A stretch of DNA of 33,012 nucleotides from a virus, in IMG/VR virus record IMGVR_UViG_3300045988_126595, positions 1-33,012 of that record. One strand, given 5' to 3'. Shown in pieces: positions 22,433 through 32,043 of the stretch. The notes beneath the pieces were generated by a model. That model was not told the DNA's origin. It ran no database searches and saw only the letters and a list, made by a program, of their open reading frames with translations. Numbering within the stretch: position 1 is the stretch's first letter; each line of letters opens with the position of its first letter. Both the position numbers and the translations under genes were made by a program.

Positions 22433-23590
22433 ATGAATTTTACAGGAGTAAATTTAGACCTACAAGGTTTAATGAAAAGAACTTATGCTAATTTACTTTA
22501 CAATTCTCAATTCTATAAAATGCTAGACAGAAGATGGTTTGAAGTTGGAAGAACTGGCACTCCAATTATTGAGATTGTTAAGCAATTAGACACTGCATTA
22601 AATGTAAGAAATAATGTAGAAATCGCACAAGGAGGAATTACAAACGAACTTGCTACTTACAATTCAGTAAAAGTTGACTTAACTGAATTACCTATGGACT
22701 ATTCATTTAGAGTAAGCCCAATAGTAATGGGTAGCGGTATCGAAAGAGCAATCGAGGGACAAATCGAATTAAAAGAGGCTCAAATCTCTAGACAAATCGA
22801 CGTTTATGGCTTTAATAAATTAAATGCTGATATTACAGGCTCTGCCGATGGTTCAATGGCTTATACTGATGGACAAATCACTAAATGGGCTCCAGCAAGT
22901 GGAACTGAAACTATTGAATTAATTAATGATTTAAAATCTAAATTATTTGATAGAAATATCTATGATGGATACCTATTAGGACTAAGTTCAACTGCTTATG
23001 CTTACTTTATTTCAAGTTTAACATCAATTCTTAAATTTGAAACAAGAGCAGGTGTTGAAGGTGTTGATATGGGACAAGTTGCTGATGCTTATGGTGTTAG
23101 TGTATTCCAAATCAATAGTAATGTAATTGAAAAAGATAAAGAAGGTAAAGATACAAATGTAGTTGGATACTTTGCTAATGAAGTTGGTACAGTTGGTGAT
23201 ACATTCTGGAGTTCATTTGCTCAATACAATGGTAACTTCCCTGGCTACCCAGGATACTTCGTTGTTGAGGGAAATGTAATGTTCGGAGCAAAAGTAGTAA
23301 GACCAGAAGCAGTTATTAAATTAGTTGAAAGTATTCCAACAGTTGATGCTGGAACATTTGATGAAGGTAAGGTTGCGAAAGCATATGCTCAAACAACAGC
23401 ATTTAGTGGAACAGGTGTTGAAAAGTTTGAAGCAGGTGGATTACCAGCAGGATTAACATTAAATGCAACTACTGGAGCAGTTACTGGAACACCAACACAA
23501 GCAGGTTCATTCAATGTATCAATCTATGGTGTAGATAAATATGGTAACTATTCTAATGCATTCAATGGAACAATTGTAATTGCTGAATAG
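22433..23590 (+). CDS. Major capsid protein with C-terminal Ig-like domain
   Basis: Strong RBS aaaaggagga and codon usage noticeably different from its neighbours. The C-terminus GGLPAGLTLNATTGAVTGTPTQAGSFNVSIYGVDKYGN is an Ig-like (He_PIG-type) signature. Confidence 0.75.
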   Translation: MNFTGVNLDLQGLMKRTYANLLYNSQFYKMLDRRWFEVGRTGTPIIEIVKQLDTALNVRNNVEIAQGGITNELATYNSVKVDLTELPMDYSFRVSPIVMGSGIERAIEGQIELKEAQISRQIDVYGFNKLNADITGSADGSMAYTDGQITKWAPASGTETIELINDLKSKLFDRNIYDGYLLGLSSTAYAYFISSLTSILKFETRAGVEGVDMGQVADAYGVSVFQINSNVIEKDKEGKDTNVVGYFANEVGTVGDTFWSSFAQYNGNFPGYPGYFVVEGNVMFGAKVVRPEAVIKLVESIPTVDAGTFDEGKVAKAYAQTTAFSGTGVEKFEAGGLPAGLTLNATTGAVTGTPTQAGSFNVSIYGVDKYGNYSNAFNGTIVIAE

Positions 23591-23609
23591 TTAGAAATGA
23601 GGTGGGAAA

Positions 23610-23990
23610 ATGCAATTTTTCACAAAAGAGGAATTCGGTATTAAATACTCCGAATACTCAAATGCTGATATTTCAACTTGGCAGATAGAAGCAGTAAGTG
23701 AGATGATTTTCTCACAAATAGGCTTAAGATATAGGGATGCTAGTTGGGATGCAATTAGTGTCCCTTTGCCTATTAAAAATGCTTCTATGGAACAAATGAG
23801 ATTTTTATTAGAACATGATATTCCATTTGTTGATTTTGATAAAGATATAAAGGCAGGCTCTATGAGTTCACCTTTAAAAACTGATTATTCTACTTTAGCA
23901 CTAAGAATACTTGCTAATAATGGATATCTATATAGAGGCACACCAATGTCTAGTAATATGGCTCTTACTATACCATTTGGAGGCGAATAA
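23610..23990 (+). CDS. Head-tail connector/adaptor protein (positional)
   Basis: 126 aa, first gene after the capsid gene. Confidence 0.5.
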   Translation: MQFFTKEEFGIKYSEYSNADISTWQIEAVSEMIFSQIGLRYRDASWDAISVPLPIKNASMEQMRFLLEHDIPFVDFDKDIKAGSMSSPLKTDYSTLALRILANNGYLYRGTPMSSNMALTIPFGGE

Positions 23991-23991
23991 A

Positions 23992-24312
23992 ATGTTTCTG
24001 GTAAATGGTATGAAAGCAACATTAAGGCAATTCAATCGTGATGAAAATGATGAAATATTTGATGATACTAATTATAAAGAAATCACAATTAAATGTTGCC
24101 CTTATGATTGCGAAAGTGCTATAAGGTTCGGTATTTATACAGTGCCTGAGGCTACTGGTTATTATCAAGTTGGAAGACTTGTTGATGTAAAAGTAGGAGA
24201 CCAAATTATCTATCTAGGCAAGTATGCCGATAATAAAGTCCATACAGTGTTAAAAGTTCAAGATAGTTGGATATTTAACAGAGTAGAAAATAAAATTATA
24301 GTGGTTAAATAA
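23992..24312 (+). CDS. Head-closure/head-tail joining protein (positional)
   Basis: ATG 23992 lies directly after the previous stop (the ORF-track start 23911 overlaps the previous gene). Confidence 0.5.
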   Translation: MFLVNGMKATLRQFNRDENDEIFDDTNYKEITIKCCPYDCESAIRFGIYTVPEATGYYQVGRLVDVKVGDQIIYLGKYADNKVHTVLKVQDSWIFNRVENKIIVVK

Positions 24313-24671
24313 TGGCTGATGTTAAAGTAAATTGGTATCCAGGAAAGAAAAAAGAAGTATTAGAGGCTTCTGATAAGATAATGTATGCAATAGCAAGACA
24401 GACACTTGATAGGACATTCCCTCATATTCCTATGTCAAGAAGAAAAGGAGTAGTCCACATGAGACAAACTTCAATGGCAGCAGGAGTTAGGGGAAGCGAT
24501 GGAAATTATTATATAGGTTCTTATACTAACTATGCTAAATATGTATGGGTAATGCCTAATACTACTAATTGGACTGAGCCTGGTACTTTTGGCAAATGGT
24601 ATCAAGAAATATATACTAAGCAGAAAAAGAGTATTGTTGGAATTGCTATAAAGGAGAATGAATTGAAATGA
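24312..24671 (+). CDS. Tail-completion/neck protein (positional)
   Basis: 119 aa, TAATG coupling. Confidence 0.5.
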   Translation: MADVKVNWYPGKKKEVLEASDKIMYAIARQTLDRTFPHIPMSRRKGVVHMRQTSMAAGVRGSDGNYYIGSYTNYAKYVWVMPNTTNWTEPGTFGKWYQEIYTKQKKSIVGIAIKENELK

Positions 24672-25111
24672 CAAGAGAATTATTAGAAAAGAAACAATTA
24701 ATCTTAATTAAATATCTTCGAAATATAGTTAGCGGTTATACCACTGACAAATGGAAAATAAAAGCCGAATATTCAACAAATGATAATGATAGCAGGGTAA
24801 TAGTCGTACAAGAACAAAGCGGACAAAAACAAGTGTTCTATGGCGACATATTACCTATGTATAATTATTATATGGTTGATATATATGGACTTACAATAAA
24901 AGAGTGTAAAGAATTATCTTTATTAATAGGTAATCTAATAGGAAAATCGGAAAGAATAGAAGTTGAAAATAATGGAAAATTGGAAAGGTGGCAAATTATA
25001 TTTACTCAATATGTTAATCCACAAGCAATAGAGTATATGGATATTAGAAGAGTTGGGTATAATTCTACCTTACAATGTATTATAAGTAAGATTTATGAAA
25101 AAGATTTATAG
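24668..25111 (+). CDS. Tail terminator-like protein (positional)
   Basis: 147 aa, ATGA coupling, upstream of the major tail gene. Confidence 0.45.
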   Translation: MTRELLEKKQLILIKYLRNIVSGYTTDKWKIKAEYSTNDNDSRVIVVQEQSGQKQVFYGDILPMYNYYMVDIYGLTIKECKELSLLIGNLIGKSERIEVENNGKLERWQIIFTQYVNPQAIEYMDIRRVGYNSTLQCIISKIYEKDL

Positions 25112-25126
25112 AAAGGAAGTGTAAAT

Positions 25127-25600
25127 ATGAATGAATTTTATGTAAATAATAGAGAAGTCATCAAAAATTTAGGTTTAAATACTGGTACTAGTTCAGCACC
25201 TGTGTTTACTCCTATGTGTACTACTACCGAAGTTGGTTTAACTACTGATTTCGAGCAACAAGACTGGTATGTGTTCTGCGATGCTATTCAAAGAAGTATA
25301 ATTACTGGTGCTGCCATCTCTATTGATACCACTGTTAAAATTGATATGAATAATGCTTCTATAGTTAAAATACTTGGCGATATTCATACATTAATCAAAG
25401 ATGGTACTGTTGCTCAATTCAATAATCAATTAGTACAATTTGAATTATTAACAGGAGTTCAAGAAGGAGCATTGACTTATACTAAGTATAAAGTACCTTG
25501 TACTTTGAATTTTAGCGATTTAGGTGGTGCTGCCGAAGATAGTGGCGAATTTGCTTTGACTATTGTTGTAACTGGAAAAGGAGAAGTTGTCGTAGGATAA
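25127..25600 (+). CDS. Major tail protein (positional)
   Basis: 157 aa, Thr/Gly/Val-rich, followed by a terminator and then the tape measure gene. Confidence 0.6.
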   Translation: MNEFYVNNREVIKNLGLNTGTSSAPVFTPMCTTTEVGLTTDFEQQDWYVFCDAIQRSIITGAAISIDTTVKIDMNNASIVKILGDIHTLIKDGTVAQFNNQLVQFELLTGVQEGALTYTKYKVPCTLNFSDLGGAAEDSGEFALTIVVTGKGEVVVG

Positions 25601-25606
25601 ACCTAT

Positions 25607-25640
25607 AAGGGTTGGGTTAAAAGCCCAGCCCTTTATTTTA
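25607..25640 (+). terminator. Intrinsic terminator between the major tail and tape measure genes
   Basis: aagggttggg (25607-25616) pairs with cccagccctt (25624-25633): 10 bp, GC-rich, 7-nt loop, followed by tatttta. Confidence 0.7.
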
Positions 25641-25659
25641 TAATAAGGAGGTGGAATAA

Positions 25660-27354
25660 ATGAATGGAGGAGAAGTCATCTTCAAGTTTAAAGGAGATGA
25701 TAAAGACCTAGAAAAAAAGACTAATGGTGTTGCTAGTAAAATGAAAGCAAGTACTGTCGCTCTTGGTAATTTAATGTCTAGTGCTATCGAAAAAGTTGGT
25801 AGTTCATTATTAGGACTTGGTAAAGATGCCTTGCAAGGTGTTGCTGATTTAGAGCAGAATATCGGAGGTGTAGAAACACTTTTTAAAGATAGTGCTGATA
25901 CAGTCATAGAGAATTCTAAAAAGGCTTATACAACAGCGGGAATAGATGCTAATAAGTATATGGAGCAAATAACTTCATTTAGTGCTAGTTTATTACAAAG
26001 TCTAGGTGGAGATACTGCAGAGGCAGCCAAAGTTGGTGATATGGCTATTCAAGATATGGCAGACAACTCAAACAAGTTCGGTACTGCCATTGAGAATATT
26101 CAGAATGCTTATCAAGGGTTCGCTAAGCAGAATTATACCATGTTAGATAATTTAAAACTTGGCTATGGTGGAACAAAAACAGAAATGGAAAGATTACTTG
26201 CTGATGCTGAAAAGATATCAGGAGTTAAATATGATATTTCTAATTTAAATGATGTATTTAATGCTATTCATGTAATTCAAGAAGAATTAGATGTAACAGG
26301 AACAACAGCAAAAGAAGCCTCTACTACTATAAGTGGTTCAATAAATAGTGCTAAGTCAGCATTTAGTAATTTCCTAAGTGGTGCAGGTGGTATAGAAGAA
26401 GTAATAAGTACCTTTACTACTGCTGGAACAAATATATCAAATGCGATAGTAAAAATGGCACCTCAAATAATAACAGGCTTAACTACTTTATTGAATAATC
26501 TAGTACCTTTAATCAGTCCTTTACTTCAAGCAATATTGCCAGCATTAATACAAGGTACTTCAACATTAATAATGGGGTTAGTTCAAGCATTGCCTGGTAT
26601 TATTCAAATATTAATGGGTATGTTGCCTACTATAATTCAAGAATTGGCAAATATGCTACCGGTTATACTTACTTCATTAATTCAAGGGTTAGTTATGATT
26701 ATTCAAGAATTGGCTAATCAATTACCTACATTGATACCAGTTATAATAGATTCTATTCTTAGCACTATACCTATGTTAATTGATAATTTACCTTTATTTA
26801 TAGAGGCTGGTTTTAAATTATTAGGTGGCTTAATTGCTGGTATATTAAATGCTCTTCCAATATTGCTAGCCAGAGCAGGAGAAATCGTTGTTGATTTAGT
26901 TGAATATTTCAAAGGAATGCCTAAGATGATGTGGGATTGTGGTAAAGATTTAATACAAGGTCTTTGGAATGGCATCAAGTCTGCTAAAGATTGGGTACTT
27001 GACAAGATAGCAGGTATAGGTAATTCAATAATGAAAAAAATCAAAGGAATATTTGGAATACATAGTCCATCAACAGAGTTTGCATGGGTTGGTAAGATGA
27101 ATATGCTAGGTTTAGAAAAAGGTATGGAAGACATGAAAGGGCAAGTTAATTCAACAGTCGGAGGAATGTTTGATGATATGTTTAGTTTATCACCTAGCCT
27201 ATATGGAAGTTCAAGCACTAATTTAAGCCCACAAATTAATGTAGTAGTAAATAATAATATGGAGCAAGACCCATTAGGACAAATGGTTAATAATATTAAG
27301 ACATTTAGCGGTGGCTCTAAAAACGACTATAATTATGGAATGGGAGGAGCATAA
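25660..27354 (+). CDS. Tail tape measure protein
   Basis: 564 aa with a TP901-type core (AGIDANKYMEQITSFSASLLQSLGG...FGTAIENIQNAYQGFAKQNYTMLDNLKLGYGGTK) and a long hydrophobic Leu/Ile/Pro-rich segment. Confidence 0.85.
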   Translation: MNGGEVIFKFKGDDKDLEKKTNGVASKMKASTVALGNLMSSAIEKVGSSLLGLGKDALQGVADLEQNIGGVETLFKDSADTVIENSKKAYTTAGIDANKYMEQITSFSASLLQSLGGDTAEAAKVGDMAIQDMADNSNKFGTAIENIQNAYQGFAKQNYTMLDNLKLGYGGTKTEMERLLADAEKISGVKYDISNLNDVFNAIHVIQEELDVTGTTAKEASTTISGSINSAKSAFSNFLSGAGGIEEVISTFTTAGTNISNAIVKMAPQIITGLTTLLNNLVPLISPLLQAILPALIQGTSTLIMGLVQALPGIIQILMGMLPTIIQELANMLPVILTSLIQGLVMIIQELANQLPTLIPVIIDSILSTIPMLIDNLPLFIEAGFKLLGGLIAGILNALPILLARAGEIVVDLVEYFKGMPKMMWDCGKDLIQGLWNGIKSAKDWVLDKIAGIGNSIMKKIKGIFGIHSPSTEFAWVGKMNMLGLEKGMEDMKGQVNSTVGGMFDDMFSLSPSLYGSSSTNLSPQINVVVNNNMEQDPLGQMVNNIKTFSGGSKNDYNYGMGGA

Positions 27355-27356
27355 AT

Positions 27357-28847
27357 ATGAGTAGATTAAAAATGTTAATAAACAATGAAGAAGTAGTATG
27401 CAGAAAAGACTTTACTATAACAGAGGAAATGCTTGCTACTTCCTCTACCATTCTCAACAATTGTTATCCAAAAAGTTGGGAAAACGATAAAAACTATGTT
27501 TCTAGATTTTATTATCCTAAAGATTACTCAAAATGTAAAATATATAAAGATGATGTACTTGTTTTTTGTGGAGTAGTAAAAAATTCGGGTAATATAAGTC
27601 TTAATCCTAGATATCCTCACTTTTGTAGTTTGCAAATATTAGATTTTAAAACTTTACTTAGTGAGGGTGAGACTTTGGACTTTGTTATAAGTAACAAGAC
27701 TATAACAGAAGCGATAGAAATGATTATAGATGCCATTAAAGATTATGGCTTTGTATTAGGTAATATCAATATCTTTGGTGCTGATGATATAATTGGTGCT
27801 TATTCTACGCAAAACAAAACTGCTTACGATGTATTTCAATATTTAGCAGATATAACAGGCTCTAAATGGTTTACAAGACTTATTGATGAAGATAAGGTTG
27901 CTATTGACTTTTATGACCCTACATTAATGACAAGAGGAAAGAATATTGAATATAATGTTGCTTGGTTTGAAGAGAATAATATAAATGATATTTCTTTCAA
28001 TTATGGAAGTAGAGACTATAGAAATAAACAAATAATGCAATCTGATGAAGTATATGCTAGTATAGATTATATTGATAATTTAGTATCTAATGGCTATGAT
28101 AGTACTTTCTTATTAACTTCAAATGTTGGTATAGTAAAAAGCATAAAAGTAAATAATGTAGAAGTATCATTTACAACTAATGTAAATAAAGAAATAGGGA
28201 TAGATGCTGATTTCTGTTATACACCTGGTAAAAATCAAATAGAAAGTGCAGAAACTTATTCTGCAGGGACAAGAATTGAAATCGTCTACACACCTATTGT
28301 AAAAGGTAGACAAATAGTGTATAATAATGATGAAGTAGACAGAATAGCAAATCAAACAGGAAGAAAAGGCATAATATCAAGGTACGAGAATAGAAATGAT
28401 GTCCTTTCTAGTGCAGAACTCGATAAGGTAGGGCAATCATATATTAAATATAAAGGTAGTGCAGAAGTTAATTTAAAGGTAGTAACTGATGATAAAGATA
28501 TTTACAACATCGGACAGATAGTACACTTTGAAGCCCCTATTGATGATTTAACACAAGATTATATGGTAAAAAGAAAAGAAATAAAAGTAATAAATACCAC
28601 AGACCAAGAAAAGATATTCTATACTTATGAATTATCAAGTTCGTTCAATAGTGAAAGAGCAATAAATTGGTTTGATAATCAGAGAAGAAAAGCAAAAGGA
28701 AATATAGGAGAGGGAGAGGCTATAACAAGAAATGTAGACATAGAAAATTCAGCAAATATAATATTTAATAATTATTCAAAAATTGAATTAAATGTAACAG
28801 GAGACAATACACTAAATTGTGGCTTAAATGCTCCATTTGTAAGTTAG
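27357..28847 (+). CDS. Tail tip/baseplate structural protein (Dit/Tal position)
   Basis: 496 aa, immediately after the tape measure gene. Confidence 0.55.
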   Translation: MSRLKMLINNEEVVCRKDFTITEEMLATSSTILNNCYPKSWENDKNYVSRFYYPKDYSKCKIYKDDVLVFCGVVKNSGNISLNPRYPHFCSLQILDFKTLLSEGETLDFVISNKTITEAIEMIIDAIKDYGFVLGNINIFGADDIIGAYSTQNKTAYDVFQYLADITGSKWFTRLIDEDKVAIDFYDPTLMTRGKNIEYNVAWFEENNINDISFNYGSRDYRNKQIMQSDEVYASIDYIDNLVSNGYDSTFLLTSNVGIVKSIKVNNVEVSFTTNVNKEIGIDADFCYTPGKNQIESAETYSAGTRIEIVYTPIVKGRQIVYNNDEVDRIANQTGRKGIISRYENRNDVLSSAELDKVGQSYIKYKGSAEVNLKVVTDDKDIYNIGQIVHFEAPIDDLTQDYMVKRKEIKVINTTDQEKIFYTYELSSSFNSERAINWFDNQRRKAKGNIGEGEAITRNVDIENSANIIFNNYSKIELNVTGDNTLNCGLNAPFVS

Positions 28848-28858
28848 GAGGTAAAAAT

Positions 28859-30790
28859 ATGACCGAAGAATATAAAAATAATATATTGGCTTATTTGGTA
28901 GGGAAACTACCACAAGAAGAAAAAAATGATATTCCTCAATTCAATAATTGGGAAGTAAATAATAGTGGAATAAGAAGCCAAATAGCGAATAAATTAAATA
29001 TTGCTTCTAATTTTGTAATTATATATAATAATTTATCTTCTAATTCAAATGATTTAATATTAATATATGGGAGATATATAGAAAATAACAATAATAATCC
29101 TTTTATTGCAATTATGTCAAAAGATGGTGTCATATTACAAGTTATAACAACCTTTTCTTCTGGTTCTAAATTGTTTAATATTGTTGGTATGCAAATAGAT
29201 GATGATAATTCGATATATGCTGTAAGTAGTGAGATGGCTGATAATGGAAAGACAGTTAGAGTTTTGTTTTTAAATAATATATTTCTAAGTAATTCAGAAA
29301 AAGGTACATTTTATATTAAAATTAAAAAAAGTTATATATGCCCCTTAGACTTTTGGATGGGAACAGTAAATCCTAGCAAATATAGAATAACAAAAGGAGA
29401 TACTAACACTTATTTCCTTATTGGTTATCCACAAACGCAAAGCAGTAGCACATCAACAGCAATAGTAAAATTCAAAATTAATGCAGGAAGTGAAAATGAA
29501 TGGAATAGTTATACAATTGAAAATTCTGGTTTAGATAGAATTTTATTTTCAACAAGCATCAATAAGATAAATGATAACATTTATTTTAGGATTTATGGTT
29601 TTGATTGGTTAAATGACAATCCACAATATTCAGAGTATTTATTATCTCCAGGTGGTAATTTAACTTTGGAAAAGAGCATCAAATTTGAGTTTGAATTAAG
29701 TTATAGTGGATGTCAAGTTATGTATTATTCAGAAAATAATAAATTTCTTGCTATTCAAGATTTGACAAATAAAAGGAGTTTATTATATAATTTAAAAAAT
29801 AGTGAATTAATTCAAATGGATACATTAAATTGGCGTGAATATAATGAGGAAATAATAAGAGGTGGCTTTTATTTGCAAGAAATAAATAATACATTATTTG
29901 TTACAAAATTTTTAGTCAATAATACTACAATACCTGCTACTGATATATATTTAGGAATAATTAAAAATGGTATAGTTTATTATGAAAGTGAAACACAAAA
30001 AAGAAACGATAGCATATTGAGTATAAGAGAAGATACTATAAGAACAAGCACATATATATTAAATAATTTTAATTTATTTAATGTTTTTATAGAAAGTAAT
30101 TATAATAATGATGTTAAAAATACTTATCTTAACAAAACATTTCTTATTTATAATAATAATAATTATAATGGCATACCTTACACAAATATAAATAGTATGG
30201 TGCCTAACCAAGGTATACTGTATGATAATCAAAATAAGCCAATATTTGCACGAAATTTATATAATAAGGTAATCACAGGCAGAAGTACAAATAGTTCAAT
30301 ACAAGTGCCAAATACCTATTTAAATGATGTTACAATTGCAAAGCAAAACTTATTAAGTGAAACTAATTCGATATTAGTAAGTAAAGAACAAGGCATAATA
30401 AAAAATATTTATGAAACATTAAATATTAATTTCATAAATAATCTACAAATAAGTAATGAGAATGATGTTAGCAATGTGATACTTAACCCAGTAGGAGCAA
30501 GCAGATTGAATAATAGTATATCAGAAACAACTGATTATGATAATACTAAAGCATTAAAAATAAAAATCAATTATACCGATAATACTAATTATATACTTCA
30601 ATTAAAAGAAAATCAAATTGATAAAATTAGTGATACAAGTTATATGTATGACTTTGATATATATGTATCAAAAATTATAACAAATATTCAAATAATAAGC
30701 AACGATGAAACTACAATTTATCAGACAATAAATTCAACATTTGAAGTAGGTAAATTCTATAACATTACTCAAATGGTAGAGATAGTATAA
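28859..30790 (+). CDS. Asn-rich tail fibre / receptor-binding protein candidate
   Basis: RBS taggaggt lies 6 nt upstream of ATG 28859. 643 aa with no motif I recognise; sits between the baseplate and tail-collar genes. Confidence 0.55.
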   Translation: MTEEYKNNILAYLVGKLPQEEKNDIPQFNNWEVNNSGIRSQIANKLNIASNFVIIYNNLSSNSNDLILIYGRYIENNNNNPFIAIMSKDGVILQVITTFSSGSKLFNIVGMQIDDDNSIYAVSSEMADNGKTVRVLFLNNIFLSNSEKGTFYIKIKKSYICPLDFWMGTVNPSKYRITKGDTNTYFLIGYPQTQSSSTSTAIVKFKINAGSENEWNSYTIENSGLDRILFSTSINKINDNIYFRIYGFDWLNDNPQYSEYLLSPGGNLTLEKSIKFEFELSYSGCQVMYYSENNKFLAIQDLTNKRSLLYNLKNSELIQMDTLNWREYNEEIIRGGFYLQEINNTLFVTKFLVNNTTIPATDIYLGIIKNGIVYYESETQKRNDSILSIREDTIRTSTYILNNFNLFNVFIESNYNNDVKNTYLNKTFLIYNNNNYNGIPYTNINSMVPNQGILYDNQNKPIFARNLYNKVITGRSTNSSIQVPNTYLNDVTIAKQNLLSETNSILVSKEQGIIKNIYETLNINFINNLQISNENDVSNVILNPVGASRLNNSISETTDYDNTKALKIKINYTDNTNYILQLKENQIDKISDTSYMYDFDIYVSKIITNIQIISNDETTIYQTINSTFEVGKFYNITQMVEIV

Positions 30791-30823
30791 AGGAGGGAGA
30801 TAATATGAAAAAGGAGGTAACTT

Positions 30824-31354
30824 ATGATAACATACGAAAACAAAGTGGCATTAAATGAAAATGCAGATATTGCCAATATAAATAAGGTAACTGCTGGTGA
30901 TATGAATGAAATAAAGCAAGTTGTAAATTCTCTTGCTAATTTATTCTTTCCAATAAAAAAGGTAGTAATATTTAACGATAATGATGACCACAGTAATTAT
31001 TTAGGTTTTACTTGGGAAAGAATAGCAAGTGGTAAAATGTTGGTAGGTATAGATAGTGCTGATACAGATTTTAACACTATTGGTAAAACAGGTGGAGAAA
31101 AAGAACATACATTAACTATTAATGAAATGCCAGCACACAGCCATAAATTACAAGGTAATACAAATGTAGTTTTTGATGAAAGTTCTACATATCCATATTT
31201 ATTAGCAAGTGCAAAAAGAGGTTATGCTAATGGAGATAGTGTTGTTTTCGGTGATGGTTATACAATAAACGATACCACAAACACAGGTGGTGGACAATCA
31301 CATAACAATATGCCACCATATCAAGTAGTAGCCCTTTGGCAAAGAATATCATAA
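30824..31354 (+). CDS. Phage tail collar domain protein
   Basis: GKTGGEKEHTLTINEMPAHSH ... GGGQSHNNMPPYQVV is the tail-collar (MdpB-like) signature. Confidence 0.8.
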   Translation: MITYENKVALNENADIANINKVTAGDMNEIKQVVNSLANLFFPIKKVVIFNDNDDHSNYLGFTWERIASGKMLVGIDSADTDFNTIGKTGGEKEHTLTINEMPAHSHKLQGNTNVVFDESSTYPYLLASAKRGYANGDSVVFGDGYTINDTTNTGGGQSHNNMPPYQVVALWQRIS

Positions 31355-31377
31355 ATGAGAAAATTAAATAATGTAAA

Positions 31378-31487
31378 ATATGTCAATCACTACCCTATTA
31401 AAAATATAATGTCAAATAAACATCAAATAGCCAAAACCCCTAAAAAATAAGGCTTAATATAGTAGGGTAGGGTAGTAGTTGACATAT
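31378..31487. repeat. 19-nt inverted repeat (17/19 match) flanking 72 nt between the tail and lysis modules
   Basis: atatgtcaatcactaccct (31378-31396) compared with the reverse complement of agggtagtagttgacatat (31469-31487): 9 + 8 matched positions around a 2-nt mismatch. Confidence 0.5.
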
Positions 31488-31512
31488 AATTGTAAAATAA
31501 AAAGGAGGAAAT

Positions 31513-31719
31513 ATGAACGATACTATAGTAGTAGCACTGATATCTTTTCTAGGTACTTGTATAGGTTCCTTTGCTGGAATGAATTTAATCAAGTATAGAA
31601 TTAATCAACTTGAAAAAAAAGTAGAGAAACATAATTCAGTAGTTGAAAGAACATTTAGATTAGAAGATGATATTAAGTATATAAAAGAAGAAATCAGAGA
31701 ATTGAAAGAGAGGTGTTAA
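31513..31719 (+). CDS. Membrane protein with N-terminal TM helix and coiled coil (lysis accessory or holin-like)
   Basis: RBS aaaggagga; TM helix IVVALISFLGTCIGSFAGMNLI followed by a charged helix; first gene of the lysis cassette. Confidence 0.5.
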   Translation: MNDTIVVALISFLGTCIGSFAGMNLIKYRINQLEKKVEKHNSVVERTFRLEDDIKYIKEEIRELKERC

Positions 31720-31722
31720 GAA

Positions 31723-31913
31723 TGGAAAAATTAAAAAAAATTAGTAAATATGTGCTTAATATATTAACTATAATTAATGCTCTAATCATAGGAATTGCTC
31801 CTATATGGAATATTAATGCAGATAAGATAACTAATACCATAGCAGTAGTTATAGCAGTAATATCAACATATTTATTAGGAAATAAGGCAGTAAATAAGAT
31901 AAAAGGAGAGTAA
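31723..31913 (+). CDS. Holin candidate (two TM helices, charged C-terminus)
   Basis: VLNILTIINALIIGIAPIW and TNTIAVVIAVISTYLLG, C-terminus NKAVNKIKGE. ATG 31723 follows RBS gagagg. Confidence 0.6.
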
Positions 31914-31917
31914 TTAA

Positions 31918-31946
31918 TTGCTAAAACTATAAATTTGCAGTATAAT
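31918..31946 (+). promoter_or_regulatory. Sigma-A-type promoter ahead of the second free-standing HNH gene
   Basis: TTGCTA (31918-31923), 17-nt spacer, TATAAT (31941-31946), then a leader of about 95 nt with hairpins. Confidence 0.55.
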
Positions 31947-32043
31947 GTAAATAAGGGATAGACAAGAGTAATTAACTTGTTGAAAAGATAAACGACCTAT
32001 CTTCCCTTTAAAAATCATTTGGTCGGAAAGAAAGAGGTCGAAA

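Noticed and set aside
23911-23991. N-terminal extension of the 23911..24312 ORF
   Set aside because: It overlaps the preceding gene by 80 nt. ATG 23992 lies immediately after that gene's stop.
25639-25644. tataat hexamer upstream of the tape measure gene
   Set aside because: The -35 is poor (ttaaaa), and a TSS from it would fall inside the tape measure RBS.
31479-31490. ttgacatataat read as a promoter
   Set aside because: The -35-like and -10-like hexamers are directly adjacent (0-nt spacer). No proper partner hexamer lies at 16-18 nt on either side. It is more likely part of the inverted repeat.
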